From positions 1-50,632 of the forward strand of contig JBFHKR010000003.1 of the NCBI GenBank assembly GCA_041595255.1: a stretch of DNA of 50,632 bases, written 5' to 3'. This DNA is from Chlorobiota bacterium (GTDB lineage Bacteria; Bacteroidota; Ignavibacteria; Kapaibacteriales; UBA2268). Under the pieces are notes generated by a model. It worked only from the letters and a program-made list of their open reading frames with translations. It was not told the DNA's origin and made no database searches. The translations under genes were made by a program, and so were the position numbers. Shown here in pieces: positions 10,549 through 21,604 of this stretch. How positions within the stretch are numbered: position 1 is the stretch's first letter; every line of letters starts with the position of its first letter.

Positions 10549-10713
10549 TTTCCACCTATATTTTTAATTGAGCAACATTGGTATTTATAATCCATTTCGA
10601 TAGAAAAACGGCAACTCATAGAAAAAGTTACATTAATCAAAAATTGACAATTTTATTGAAATTGTAAGGAGGTATTCATTCTAGCAGTATTTAAAAGTTA
10701 ATATTGATTTTAA

Positions 10714-11493
10714 TTAGAATAATCGATTTATCTCTAGCATATCTCGTATTAACTTGACGTTGTGAACTCTAATAATATCCACTTTTGTAGATAATAATCT
10801 CTGATGTATCATTGCTGTATGTGCATCTCTATCGTTGGCATTTTCTATTCCGAAGAGCATATTAATAAATGCTTTTCGGCTAATGCCTAATAACTGCTTA
10901 CCCGTGATATCATTGAATATTTGAAGATGATTAAGTAATGCAACATTGTGGTCTAATGTTTTCCCAAACCCAATACCTACGTCAACGTAAACATTATCAA
11001 TGTCCTTCGCTAACTTGCTTTGAGTATTCAAAAAGCTATAAACATCATTTACTACATTTGCGTAATGCGGGCTATTCTGCATATCTTTAGGGGTTCCTTG
11101 TTTATGCATTATCACTAAATTGGCCTTGTATTCTTTGGCCAAATCAACAAAACGTGGTTCAGTTGTTAATCCACTGATATCATTTATAATTGTGGCTCCT
11201 TTATCTAGTGCTTGTTTAGCAACTTCATACTTGGTCGTATCAATTGATATTGCAATATCTGAGTTAACTTTTCTAATACCATCAATAACTGGTATCACTC
11301 TATTTAACTCATCATCTAGAGAAACACCTTCACTGCCCGGTCTAGTGCTCTCACCTCCAATGTCTATTATATCCGCACCATTACTAATCATTTCAAAAGC
11401 GTGTTGAAGTGCTAATTCTTTTGTTATATACTGTCCACCATCAGAAAAAGAATTTGGAGTAACGTTCAATATTCCCATTATTTTTGGTGTCAT
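10714..11493 (-). CDS. folP: Dihydropteroate synthase
   Basis: MGILNVTPNSFSDGG, DIGGESTRPG, GIGFGK, SRK and IIRVHNV motifs. Confidence 0.97.
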   Translation of the reverse strand: MTPKIMGILNVTPNSFSDGGQYITKELALQHAFEMISNGADIIDIGGESTRPGSEGVSLDDELNRVIPVIDGIRKVNSDIAISIDTTKYEVAKQALDKGATIINDISGLTTEPRFVDLAKEYKANLVIMHKQGTPKDMQNSPHYANVVNDVYSFLNTQSKLAKDIDNVYVDVGIGFGKTLDHNVALLNHLQIFNDITGKQLLGISRKAFINMLFGIENANDRDAHTAMIHQRLLSTKVDIIRVHNVKLIRDMLEINRLF

Positions 11494-12122
11494 TTTAGAT
11501 CTCCTGGGGCTAAGTAGCCGTCATTACGGATTATTTTCTCTATCTCTATTGCTTTGCTGACCGAGGGTTTTATCCGTTCTAGGTGTTCTTTGAGGTAAGC
11601 TAATCTCTGGTTCTCAGAGTTCATCTCTAATAAAAATTGCTTTTGCTTCCCGATTAATCCAACTTTTTGTGCAAAATAATAGCTAGCAAAACGACCAATC
11701 AAATCTTCTTTAGTTATCTGCTGAACTCTAAATACAGGTATTTTGTTAGTAATGAAATTAAATAATTCTATACAGTCGTCTAGCAATTTTTCAATTATTG
11801 GCTCAGCAATATCACTGATTATTTCAATTTCACCCTCTAAATACTTATTCTCATTTTCTTCATAAGATGTAAGTTTGAATTTATCACACCCAATGACGCT
11901 CAAATCTATTTTTCCATCTGGGTATTTTGTGAAAATATCATTTATTTTAGCTGTACAACCAATCTCCGCTATATCATTACCATTTGTAAAAATAATTCCA
12001 AACTTAGACTTATTTTCTATGCAATTATTGACTAGATTCTTATACCTATCCTCAAATATATGTAGTGGGTAGACTGACTCTGGAAAAAGCACTAGATTAA
12101 GTGGGAAAAGCCCTATTTTCAT
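11490..12122 (-). CDS. Lon protease N-terminal (substrate-binding) domain protein
   Basis: LFPLNLVLFP...PLHIFEDRY signature, no ATPase or protease domain; ATGA overlap with folP. Confidence 0.88.
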   Translation of the reverse strand: MKIGLFPLNLVLFPESVYPLHIFEDRYKNLVNNCIENKSKFGIIFTNGNDIAEIGCTAKINDIFTKYPDGKIDLSVIGCDKFKLTSYEENENKYLEGEIEIISDIAEPIIEKLLDDCIELFNFITNKIPVFRVQQITKEDLIGRFASYYFAQKVGLIGKQKQFLLEMNSENQRLAYLKEHLERIKPSVSKAIEIEKIIRNDGYLAPGDLK

Positions 12123-12359
12123 TGGTTAGTTTTTCTGTTTTATTATTTATTTCCCAAAATAAGGATTTTTTTATTTTTAACTTAGTTTTGTGGGAATTTA
12201 TAGAATTTTTAATCTACTATATAGATTCAAATATATTATGCAGGTTATATCTTTCAAACAATAAGTAAACCAAATCACGAACTATCAATAATTAACTTTA
12301 TCTTTACATAAGTTTAATTATATTTGTATTCTTATGTATAAACTATTAAAGGATAAAAA

Positions 12360-13358
12360 ATGAAAAAAATTACTATTTCCTTGCTAGCTTTTCTGGCACT
12401 TGTACTAATCTCATGTGGTGAAGATGGGCCCAAAGCCCCAGATGCTGGTGAGTTAACGACTTATACTGATGATGCTACTAAGTTCTCTGTAGACTACCCT
12501 AATAATTGGGAAGATAACAAAGTTGTCGGTAAACAATTCCAAGCATTTTCGATGCCCGAAGGTAAAGTGAGATTCACAACTTTCGATACTAAGGGTTTAC
12601 CTGTTGCAAGAATATCCTATACTGTTATGTTATTAGATTCTGGTCAAAATCTACAAAAAGCTTTAGATACAAGTAAAGTTTTCGAACCTGAAAACTATAC
12701 TGCGCCGGTAGATGTAAAAGTAGATGGTACTTCTGGGAAAAAAATATCATACGAATTCCCTCTATCAGACGGTATATTCAATGGTGAGATAATAGTAGCA
12801 ACTAAAGATAATAAGCTATACAATATTATAAAATTCGAAGCATTTGCCGGTACTATAGAGCAATATAGGTCTGCTTTTGACAATATGTTAAAATCAGTAA
12901 AACTGGGTTCTGCTCCTGAACAAAACGTTACACTTGGAGAAGCAGAAGAACTACCTCCACCATCTAATACAATGAAAACTGTAAAAGGAAATGGATACTC
13001 AATTTCTATTCCTGATAACTTCGAAGCAATTCAAAAAGGTGCTGCTACTATGTATGCTGGTGAAAGAAGAGGCGATTCTTACGTCTCTGTTTCGGCTAAT
13101 AAAACGAATTCTAAAAACCTAAAAGGCACAGCTGAAAAGAATGCAAAGGCTGTTGGTTCAGATAAAATAACTAAAATGAAAATTGGTGGACAAGAGGCAT
13201 ACATGGTATCGTATGATGCTACTGCTAAAATTCACAGAGATATTTATTATGTAATCAACAACGGTATGTTATACCAAATAGTTGTTGATTATTTCAAAGA
13301 TGAAGCTGATATATATAAATCTGTATTGACCAAATCAGCTACAAGTTTAAAATTCTAA
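12360..13358 (+). CDS. Lipoprotein with two PsbP/DcrB-like domains
   Basis: Lipobox LISC; two repeats of (F/Y)S(V/I)x(Y/I)PxN(W/F)...LY...F/Y..(ML/VL)xS. Confidence 0.65.
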   Translation: MKKITISLLAFLALVLISCGEDGPKAPDAGELTTYTDDATKFSVDYPNNWEDNKVVGKQFQAFSMPEGKVRFTTFDTKGLPVARISYTVMLLDSGQNLQKALDTSKVFEPENYTAPVDVKVDGTSGKKISYEFPLSDGIFNGEIIVATKDNKLYNIIKFEAFAGTIEQYRSAFDNMLKSVKLGSAPEQNVTLGEAEELPPPSNTMKTVKGNGYSISIPDNFEAIQKGAATMYAGERRGDSYVSVSANKTNSKNLKGTAEKNAKAVGSDKITKMKIGGQEAYMVSYDATAKIHRDIYYVINNGMLYQIVVDYFKDEADIYKSVLTKSATSLKF

Positions 13359-13382
13359 ACTTATTAAGATAAAACATCGTAT

Positions 13383-13418
13383 AAAAGCAGAGGGTTGAGT
13401 GCAATCCTCTGTTTTTTT
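13383..13418 (+). terminator. Intrinsic terminator
   Basis: GCAGAGGGTTG-AGTG-CAATCCTCTGT hairpin followed by a T-run. Confidence 0.85.
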
Positions 13419-13514
13419 ATATTATCTATAAATTCCACAAAAAAAAGAAAATCGAATTATTTACTTTAAATTGCAATCAAATACAAAGACAATATTCATA
13501 TTAATTTAAAAAGA

Positions 13515-15038
13515 ATGAAAAATCTGTTAGAACTCAACGCTTGGCAATCACTAAACGAACACTTCTTTAATATAAAGCATCTGAAGATGAAGGATATGTT
13601 CCAATATGATGAAGGTAGAGCGGAAAAATATACTTATGAATTGAATAATATATATTTTGATTTGAGTAAAAACAGAATTAATTTCGATACATTATCGTAT
13701 TTCGTAGATTTATCCAAATCACTAAAGTTTCATAACAGAATCCCCGAATTATTTAATGGAGAAAAAGTAAATAATACTGAGGACAGAGCGGCTTTGCACA
13801 CGGCACTCCGAGCTTATGAAAATATTCAATTCGAAGAAATCGACGAAGAGCGAACTGCATTTCTAGTGAAAGCTGAGGAAATAATAGCTAATAAGAAGAT
13901 TAAACATGTAGTTCAATTAGGAATAGGTGGCTCGTATATTGGTCCTAAGATGGTGAATGAGGCTCTAGATGCTTTTTCAAATAATAGATTTACTATAGAC
14001 TATATAGCAAATACTGATAATACAGATTTTAATAAAGTATTTAGCAAAATTGATTTAGAAAAGACAATATTTGTAGTTGCTTCAAAATCATTAAGTACAT
14101 CTGAAACACAATACAATTTGAGTAAAGTACTAAAGTTATTAGGGCTATTGCAACCAAATGAGCAATTTATCTGCCTAACAGCTAACCGTGAGCGAGCATT
14201 AGAAATTGGCTTCTCAGCAGACAATATTCTTACATTCTGTGACTCTATCGGCGGTAGGTATTCCCTTTGGTCATCTATTGGGTTCACTATCGCACTTAAT
14301 ATAGGTAAAGATAACTTCGAAGAGTTGCTGAAAGGTGCCGAAATAGCAGACAAACATTTCGCCGAAACGGAAGATTATTTCCATAATATTCCTTTTCTGT
14401 TAGCTTATATTAATGTTTGGTACCGTAATTTTTTCGACCTAAGAGCTAAAGCTAATATACCTTATTCTGATGCACTGAAGTATTTGCCCGAGTATTTGCA
14501 GCAGTTAGAAATGGAGAGTTTAGGAAAGATAATAGACAAGCAGGGCAACAAAGTAAGGTATGCTACTGGTGGTACTTTATTTGGAAATATTGGTACTAAC
14601 TGCCAACATTCCTTTTTTCAGATGCTTCATCAAGGCGTAGATATAATACCTGTAGATTTTATAGCAATTGCTGACTCTGATACTCGATTACTAGCTAATT
14701 GTTTTGCTCAATCTCGTGCTCTTATGATGGGACAAGAACTTTCTGAAGTAGAGGACGACGAAGTTACTGGCTACAATACGCATAAGTTCTTTCCGGGAAA
14801 TATACCTTCTAATATAATTATGTTTGATGAATTAACGCCTTCTACTCTTGGAACATTTTTAGCAATTCAAGAACACAAAGTATTCGTCCAATCAGTGATT
14901 TGGAATATTAATCCTTTTGATCAGTTTGGAGTTGAATTAGGTAAAACTATAGCAAAAGAAATTGAATCAAGCATATTAAAAAAAGAAAACCACTTCGATA
15001 GCTCTACTAATAATCTTATTAATAGAGTGAATCAATAA
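13515..15038 (+). CDS. pgi: Glucose-6-phosphate isomerase
   Basis: TEDRAALH, GIGGS, VASKS, GGRYSLWS, QQLEMES, QHSFFQ and FDQFGVELGK motifs. Confidence 0.97.
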   Translation: MKNLLELNAWQSLNEHFFNIKHLKMKDMFQYDEGRAEKYTYELNNIYFDLSKNRINFDTLSYFVDLSKSLKFHNRIPELFNGEKVNNTEDRAALHTALRAYENIQFEEIDEERTAFLVKAEEIIANKKIKHVVQLGIGGSYIGPKMVNEALDAFSNNRFTIDYIANTDNTDFNKVFSKIDLEKTIFVVASKSLSTSETQYNLSKVLKLLGLLQPNEQFICLTANRERALEIGFSADNILTFCDSIGGRYSLWSSIGFTIALNIGKDNFEELLKGAEIADKHFAETEDYFHNIPFLLAYINVWYRNFFDLRAKANIPYSDALKYLPEYLQQLEMESLGKIIDKQGNKVRYATGGTLFGNIGTNCQHSFFQMLHQGVDIIPVDFIAIADSDTRLLANCFAQSRALMMGQELSEVEDDEVTGYNTHKFFPGNIPSNIIMFDELTPSTLGTFLAIQEHKVFVQSVIWNINPFDQFGVELGKTIAKEIESSILKKENHFDSSTNNLINRVNQ

Positions 15039-15165
15039 AAAATCTGTGAGTTTTTTATTTGATGATTTTACTTTTCAGCTCGAAGAAAATGATTAGCTCT
15101 TAAATATTCTAAATATTCATTTTAAAAATCTTTCCCATTGCTAAAAATAATAGTTAATTTATACT

Positions 15166-16848
15166 ATGAAATTACTAACGACTCTAATTTTATTATATTT
15201 ATTGGCAACTGGATGTGCAAATATACAAAGTCCTCCCGGTGGGGCTGGTGATACTTTAGCACCAAATGTAGAATATACTGTACCTACAGATAGAACTATA
15301 AACTTCAGTGATGATGAAGTAACGATTGGGTTCGATGAATACATGAATAGAGGTAAAGTACTAGAGAATTTACGCATTACACCAGAAGTAAAAATGGATT
15401 TCGATTGGTCTGCCACTGACCTACATATTAAGTTCCAAGAACCACTACTCCAAAATACAACTTATGCGATAAATATAGGGACAGAATATACTGATTACTA
15501 TAACAATGCCCCGAAGAAAGGTTTTAGTATGATTTTCTCAACTGGTAGTCAATTAGATAGTGGAAGTATTTCTGGCCTACTATCAGCTGCAGATACTAAA
15601 GGTAAGTTCGTTTTTCTATATAAAGAGAAAGAAGGTGAATACCCTGATATGAGTACAACGCCGCCTGATTATTTTGTAAATACAGGTAGTTCAGGGGAGT
15701 TCCAATTTGTAGCATTAAAGCCAGGTAATTATAGATTGTTGGCTATAGATGATAAGTTCCAAAATCGACTATACGATGACCAAGTTGATAGTTATGGCAC
15801 AGCTTTGAGTGACATTACACTTACTGAAGATAGCTTGCAAGTTGCGGGTATAAATATTCATATAGGAGCCAAATCAGATTACCGAGGACCACAATTAGTT
15901 AGTGTAAATTCCCAATACAATGGTTTAGCAAATCTTTTATTCGATGAGAACTTAGACAAAAGAACTATTGTCAAAGAGAATTTCAAATTAACTTCTGGTG
16001 AAAAAGAAGTACAAATAATTGGAATTGGTACAAACATCAAAACTAGCTCAGAATTATTGCTTGTGTTCGATTCAAATTACGCAGGTAAAGAATTAGAAAT
16101 TAAAGTATCCAATATAGCTGACTCTACTGGTAATACAGTACAAGATACAGCTTCAAGCTTCAAATTTGTTGTTGATAGTACTTTTAATAAATCGGAATTT
16201 GTTATCAGTTCTACTAATTTGAATGATAGCACACAGAAAAATGTGAGCCCATTATTAAATGTAACATCAGAAAAACCAATTTTTAAGGTGAAATTCAGTA
16301 AAATTCCGGATATTAATTCTATTCAAAATTGTGCATATTTAGAATCGGATGGTGAAAAAATAGATTTAATATTGGTGAGTGATAATTTTATTGATTTTTA
16401 TTTTAAAACTGCAAATCCTATAAAAGAGAACACAGAGTACACACTTGTATTCGATACAAAGGATATAGTGGATGCTTGGGGGCAAAAATTAGTAAAAGAT
16501 ACGTTGTATAAAACTAAGTTTAAGACAAATTTTGCTCCGAAATATTCGAAAATAGGTGGTGATGTAAGTACGATCAACCCATGTAATGGCAAATTGGTAA
16601 TAAGGGCAATAAATACTAGCGATAATAGTAAATATAAGACTGTAGCAATAGAAGGTAAGTGGAGTTTCGAAAAAGTAACTGCAGGTAGTTATGTATTTGA
16701 GTTGTTTTGTGATAGCAATAATAATAGTGAATACGATTTCGGATTAGTAAATCCTTTTGAGTTTAGAGAAAAATATTCGAAAAGTAAACCATATACAGTT
16801 AGCGAGAATTGGGAATACAATGAGATAAAATTGATATTAGATGAATAA
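15166..16848 (+). CDS. Ig-like (Big_5) domain lipoprotein
   Basis: Lipobox ATGC followed by ANIQSPPGGAGD..P and FDEY, FSTG..D motifs typical of this FCB-group lipoprotein family. Confidence 0.75.
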   Translation: MKLLTTLILLYLLATGCANIQSPPGGAGDTLAPNVEYTVPTDRTINFSDDEVTIGFDEYMNRGKVLENLRITPEVKMDFDWSATDLHIKFQEPLLQNTTYAINIGTEYTDYYNNAPKKGFSMIFSTGSQLDSGSISGLLSAADTKGKFVFLYKEKEGEYPDMSTTPPDYFVNTGSSGEFQFVALKPGNYRLLAIDDKFQNRLYDDQVDSYGTALSDITLTEDSLQVAGINIHIGAKSDYRGPQLVSVNSQYNGLANLLFDENLDKRTIVKENFKLTSGEKEVQIIGIGTNIKTSSELLLVFDSNYAGKELEIKVSNIADSTGNTVQDTASSFKFVVDSTFNKSEFVISSTNLNDSTQKNVSPLLNVTSEKPIFKVKFSKIPDINSIQNCAYLESDGEKIDLILVSDNFIDFYFKTANPIKENTEYTLVFDTKDIVDAWGQKLVKDTLYKTKFKTNFAPKYSKIGGDVSTINPCNGKLVIRAINTSDNSKYKTVAIEGKWSFEKVTAGSYVFELFCDSNNNSEYDFGLVNPFEFREKYSKSKPYTVSENWEYNEIKLILDE

Positions 16849-18790
16849 AGTAATTTTACATATCATCCTGATGTTATTAGTGCAGACGATATTTGCATCG
16901 AATGTTATGTATTTGGAACCAATTAATGTAACTATCTTGAATACAGCTAATGATGAATTTGCTCCTTCATGGAATAATTATACAGCTACACTTTATTATA
17001 CTAGTAAAGTAGAGGGCACGGAAAAACTCTACACTTCTAATAAAAACGCTGATGGATTCTTTCAAGAAGGAAAATATTTGGATGCCCCAATTAATAAAGT
17101 ACATGAAAATATAAGTTATATTAATTTTTTATCAGAAGATAAAGCTTACTTTAGTTCATTTCTTCGATCAAAATCTCAACCTAGGCTTCAACTATTCTAT
17201 TCGAATTATCAGAAAAAAGCTTGGTCTGAGGGATTTCCAATAGAAGAATTTGCAAGCGATAAATTCGTAGGCCAAAGCAGTATTTCACCCGATAAAAATC
17301 AGATTGTCTTCACAGTACAGAGTAAAGATAGTGATTTAGATCTTATGGTTAGCTATAGGTTGGAAGATGGATCGTGGAGAGAGCCTATCTTACTAGAAAT
17401 AATGAATAGTATAGGGGATGAGATAACACCTCATTTTGCATCAGATGATACGCTTTATTTTGCTAGCAATGGTCAAGGAGGTCCCGGAGGATTCGATATA
17501 TATTTTTCTGTAAAATCGGAAGGTATTTGGCAAAGACCAAGTCCACTTTATGAACTCAATACCGAGTATGATGAATCAGATGTTTGTAGGCTACCAAATG
17601 GTGATATTCTATTTGCCAGTAACCGACCGGGTGGAGTAGGCGGCTTAGATATTTGGCTTGCTAGTAATAATAATTTACCTTCTAATTTGAGAGAGAATAC
17701 TAAGTTAGATATTAATCTACAAAGCTATATCACTAATATCATAGTCAACAATAACTATGAATATACAAACCTACCGGTTAGTAGTGTCTTTTTCTTAGAT
17801 GATAGTACTATGGAACTACAATCAAAACTCTTTGTTTACAAGTCATTGATAGATTTACAAAAAATAAATTCCATAGATGAATCATACACTAATAGTCTCA
17901 ATTATATAGGTCATAGGTTAGCACGTATCAAAAATGCTAAACTTAAAATTAAAGCACACTATCCTGGTTTACTAGAAATAGATACTACTTATAAACGAAA
18001 TTCGAAATATTATGCAGATCTGAATATAAAAAAAATACATGATTATCTGACCACAGAATTTCTTATCCCACCATCACAAATAGTGATAGAGTATGAGTTT
18101 TATCAAGATGATAAAAGGAAGCCTTCGATTTCACTATCATCTAGTGAAAATGAGATATTCGCACAAATGGAAATAAGAAAAGATAAGATAGAAGTAGAGC
18201 AAAAGCTACTTCCAATTGATGTAAGAATAGAACCTGCTGAAAACTTAAGCAACTGGTTAGCAGTGCTTAATCTAGCTGGTGAGGAGATTATAGTGTACGA
18301 AAATAAAGTAGTCAAAGATAGATTTACAATTGACTTAGTAAAGTATAAACATCAATTGTTTGAATCTGATTTCATGAATGTATTTATCAAAGCATACAGC
18401 TATGACGGTGATAGTACTATACAGGTAATACCTCATAGTGTAGAACATCATTTCTCAAAGAAACCTAAATTAGTAGTAGAAGGCTCTCAATACTATGACT
18501 ATAATTATATAATAGCAGGCAATGATCAAAATATAGAAAGTAATAACTATATCGCTACTTTGGAGAAAATATATAGCTCTATCTCTATGTGCAAGACAAT
18601 AGAGATAAGCTATAATAAAAGAAAAAAGTTTGCTGAATCACTCAGAGATAAATTACAATCAAAAATAGTAAACAATCAGCTTAATGTAAACATAATCAAA
18701 AGTAGCAAACGAACTAATGATACACAATTAGATGAAAATCTGATTATTATCAAAGTTGAGAAATTCCCTTCTAGATCATCTAATAATTGA
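16841..18790 (+). CDS. Secreted PD40 (TolB-like propeller) repeat protein, PorE-like without a clear OmpA domain
   Basis: Repeats DEITPHF..LYFASNGQGGPGGFDIY and LFASNRPGGVGGLDIW; signal peptide; overlaps the upstream gene by 8 nt. Confidence 0.75.
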   Translation: MNKVILHIILMLLVQTIFASNVMYLEPINVTILNTANDEFAPSWNNYTATLYYTSKVEGTEKLYTSNKNADGFFQEGKYLDAPINKVHENISYINFLSEDKAYFSSFLRSKSQPRLQLFYSNYQKKAWSEGFPIEEFASDKFVGQSSISPDKNQIVFTVQSKDSDLDLMVSYRLEDGSWREPILLEIMNSIGDEITPHFASDDTLYFASNGQGGPGGFDIYFSVKSEGIWQRPSPLYELNTEYDESDVCRLPNGDILFASNRPGGVGGLDIWLASNNNLPSNLRENTKLDINLQSYITNIIVNNNYEYTNLPVSSVFFLDDSTMELQSKLFVYKSLIDLQKINSIDESYTNSLNYIGHRLARIKNAKLKIKAHYPGLLEIDTTYKRNSKYYADLNIKKIHDYLTTEFLIPPSQIVIEYEFYQDDKRKPSISLSSSENEIFAQMEIRKDKIEVEQKLLPIDVRIEPAENLSNWLAVLNLAGEEIIVYENKVVKDRFTIDLVKYKHQLFESDFMNVFIKAYSYDGDSTIQVIPHSVEHHFSKKPKLVVEGSQYYDYNYIIAGNDQNIESNNYIATLEKIYSSISMCKTIEISYNKRKKFAESLRDKLQSKIVNNQLNVNIIKSSKRTNDTQLDENLIIIKVEKFPSRSSNN

Positions 18791-21529
18791 TATTTTTTTG
18801 ATAATAAACCTATCAGCAAATTCGATTTTCACTAGATAAATACCTTGATTCAAATTGTTTAAATTGAAACTATTGTCATCACTTTGCATTACAATTGAGC
18901 CATCTATTCTGTACACTTCGACTCCCTTGTATAATGAACTACTAATTTCAAAGCTATTATTTGAGGAGTTAAAATGAATATTATTGTCATAATCAATTTC
19001 CACTGAAGTTATATTGGAAGCACATTCTTTTAGAGATTCTGTAAGTGCTGTTTTATCTTCTCCACCAGCCACACATAGGTAGCAAGTCTTAGTCTCGAAT
19101 GGCGCAAATTCATTAGTAAATCGCATCCCAATTATGTTGAACATATCTCCAACTGTATCAGTTATATTGACCTTACCAAGTTTTAGTGAATTAGAGTAAA
19201 ATTCTGAATTTGTTGTTTGAGAAGTATAACCACCCGCTTGAGCAATTGCATCATCTTCGAATGAGTAAAATGCAGTCCCAAATACTTGGCTTGAGTCTTT
19301 ATGCCCAGTATAAATAGCAGAGAATTTTTCAAAAGGAATATTCTCCGGTCTTGCTTCTTCCATAAATCCAGTTACGTTTCTATCATATTGATATTCAACA
19401 CCCATATCCCAGTCAAATTCGTATCCTAGTGAATATTTACTACCTAAAGCTGCACTATCTGTCACATCAAGCTTTATTCTTACCCAGTGTCCTTGTTTGG
19501 GTAGTTCAACCGTTTGCTCTATTAAAGCCCTAGTTGGCTCAAATGGGTCACTTGTCATTATTGAACCAGAATAGCTAGGATTATAGAATGGCTTTACTGA
19601 CCTGAAGCTTCCATCCACGTTCGATAGAGGGAATGAAGCTATTACTATATTCTCATTTTCAACTAAGTATATACCACTAAAATGTAATGCGTCACCGTAG
19701 CTTTTGTCTATAAATCCCACTCCATCTCTTCTCCTTTTCTTACCATCTGTCGGTGCATAACCGAAAGTCCCTCTATCAGAAATCGAGAATTTAATATCCT
19801 GATTCTCAAATGTAGTTATAATAGGTATAGATTTATAATCATAAAGTATAAAGTCTTTATACCCATTACCATCTGTGATATCTAATCTGAAATTAATATA
19901 CTCATCATATTCATTAGTAATAATGTATTTAAATCCTGATATTGTTTTAGTTTCATTTGTTTTTAAATTCAAATTATTAAAAGTTGAATCTGTGAAAGTC
20001 AAGGGCTTGAATGAGTCAGGATAAGCAATTGAAAGATTCAAATTCAAATTATTTGCCTCTCCCAATACATTTTTTAGTACTAATTCTACATTGACAGTAT
20101 CACCCAAGAAAAATCTTTCTTGTTCTGCACCTGTCCTATCTTTGAGTATTACTTCTTCTATCATAATCCCAGGTATAGACATTGGGTCAGTCGTTACCAT
20201 TTTCAACATATTCAATCTGCCAGGAGTTATTTCTTTGTAAAAAGTTCTTTTATCACTGATATCATCAGTAGATTGTCTTACAAATTCTAGTACTTGAGTT
20301 GCGTTTAATTCTGGGTGTTGCCCTCTAGCAAGAGCTACTGCACCTGCTACAATAGGTGTTGAAAATGATGTCGCTGCTCCAGGGTTATCATATTTACCAT
20401 TAAGAGTAGTTGTATACTTACTTGCAGGTGCCATTATTCGAGTTTGTGGACCCAGCAAAGATACCGATAAAAAGCTATCGAAAGACGATACTACACCTAC
20501 ACCTAAAACACCTTTATAGCCAGAAGGATAAAATTTGGTAACTTGATCTTGTTTCTCTTGATTTCCACCAGCAGCAACAATTGCTACATCATTAGCGACA
20601 GCATAAGTAATAATCATTTGTTCAAGTTCTGAGTAAACACTCTCTTCACCCCAACTACAATTTAATACATTTATTCCTGTTCTTGCGGCAAATAATATTG
20701 ATTCATAACCAAATGCTGTATATCTAGTACCTAACTTCTCATTTCCAATTCTAATTGGGAATATTTTAGAATATCCGCCTATGCCGGCAACGCCAATTTC
20801 ATTATTGAAATCTGCTCCTGCTATACCAGCCGCTAGAGTACCATGATTATCTTGTATATAGGTATTTCCCCACAGTTGACCTGGAGTAGAACCATCTAGA
20901 TTAAAGCCGTTATAATCGTCAATAAAGCCATTATTATCATCATCTATATTATTGTTGGGTATTTCTTTATTATTAATTGCAATATTATCTCTTAAGTCGG
21001 GATGGAATTGATCTATTCCGTTGTCACTTATTCCTATTACTATATTCGAATCACCTGAATATATTTCCCATGCATCATAAGCTTTTATAAGAATAAGAGC
21101 ATCTTCTTGCTCAGCTATGTATTGGTCATTTGGAATAAAGGCTTGTAACTTTTGCAAACGATAAGGTTCAGCTATATCAATTTCTTTGTGGGTTTTCATC
21201 AGATATTGACAGAATTTATCTGGATTTTGGTCTCCCTCATAAGTAACTACATAAGTTCTTAGAACTGGTTCTTCTGCGTCTAATATTTCTTTGTATCTTG
21301 AATTATTTGAGGATTTATATTGTGTAGTTTTACCATATTTTAACGAAGCTTCCAAAGGTAATATTCGTCTAGAAATTTTGGCTTTTGATTGCTCCAATAA
21401 CCTATCTATAGTAATATCATCTTTATGAAACTCATTAAATCTCACCAAGACAGTATTATCTAAATATTCAGTAGCATTAGCACTAATTGAAAATAAGGAT
21501 AGCAGAAGTAGTATTCTAATTGTATTCAT
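18776..21529 (-). CDS. S8 (subtilisin-like) serine peptidase with T9SS C-terminal domain
   Basis: Triad motifs IGISDNGID, NHGTLAAG and ATSFSTPIVAG; oxyanion AAGGN; CTD ...LNQGIYLVKIE...KKISIIR. Confidence 0.9.
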   Translation of the reverse strand: MNTIRILLLLSLFSISANATEYLDNTVLVRFNEFHKDDITIDRLLEQSKAKISRRILPLEASLKYGKTTQYKSSNNSRYKEILDAEEPVLRTYVVTYEGDQNPDKFCQYLMKTHKEIDIAEPYRLQKLQAFIPNDQYIAEQEDALILIKAYDAWEIYSGDSNIVIGISDNGIDQFHPDLRDNIAINNKEIPNNNIDDDNNGFIDDYNGFNLDGSTPGQLWGNTYIQDNHGTLAAGIAGADFNNEIGVAGIGGYSKIFPIRIGNEKLGTRYTAFGYESILFAARTGINVLNCSWGEESVYSELEQMIITYAVANDVAIVAAGGNQEKQDQVTKFYPSGYKGVLGVGVVSSFDSFLSVSLLGPQTRIMAPASKYTTTLNGKYDNPGAATSFSTPIVAGAVALARGQHPELNATQVLEFVRQSTDDISDKRTFYKEITPGRLNMLKMVTTDPMSIPGIMIEEVILKDRTGAEQERFFLGDTVNVELVLKNVLGEANNLNLNLSIAYPDSFKPLTFTDSTFNNLNLKTNETKTISGFKYIITNEYDEYINFRLDITDGNGYKDFILYDYKSIPIITTFENQDIKFSISDRGTFGYAPTDGKKRRRDGVGFIDKSYGDALHFSGIYLVENENIVIASFPLSNVDGSFRSVKPFYNPSYSGSIMTSDPFEPTRALIEQTVELPKQGHWVRIKLDVTDSAALGSKYSLGYEFDWDMGVEYQYDRNVTGFMEEARPENIPFEKFSAIYTGHKDSSQVFGTAFYSFEDDAIAQAGGYTSQTTNSEFYSNSLKLGKVNITDTVGDMFNIIGMRFTNEFAPFETKTCYLCVAGGEDKTALTESLKECASNITSVEIDYDNNIHFNSSNNSFEISSSLYKGVEVYRIDGSIVMQSDDNSFNLNNLNQGIYLVKIEFADRFIIKKISIIR

Positions 21530-21563
21530 TTTAATTGCTTTTTTGTTATTATAATATATTTAA

Positions 21564-21592
21564 TAGACAATATAAGCAATCAAAAAGTAACA
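21564..21592 (-). promoter_or_regulatory. Putative ECF-type promoter for the S8 peptidase (TGTTAC-N17-TGTCTA)
   Basis: Shares the TG..AC, TTTTTG and TGTCT pattern of the element upstream of the ECF sigma gene; 34 nt upstream of the S8 ATG. Confidence 0.4.
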
Positions 21593-21604
21593 AAAGAATG
21601 GAAA

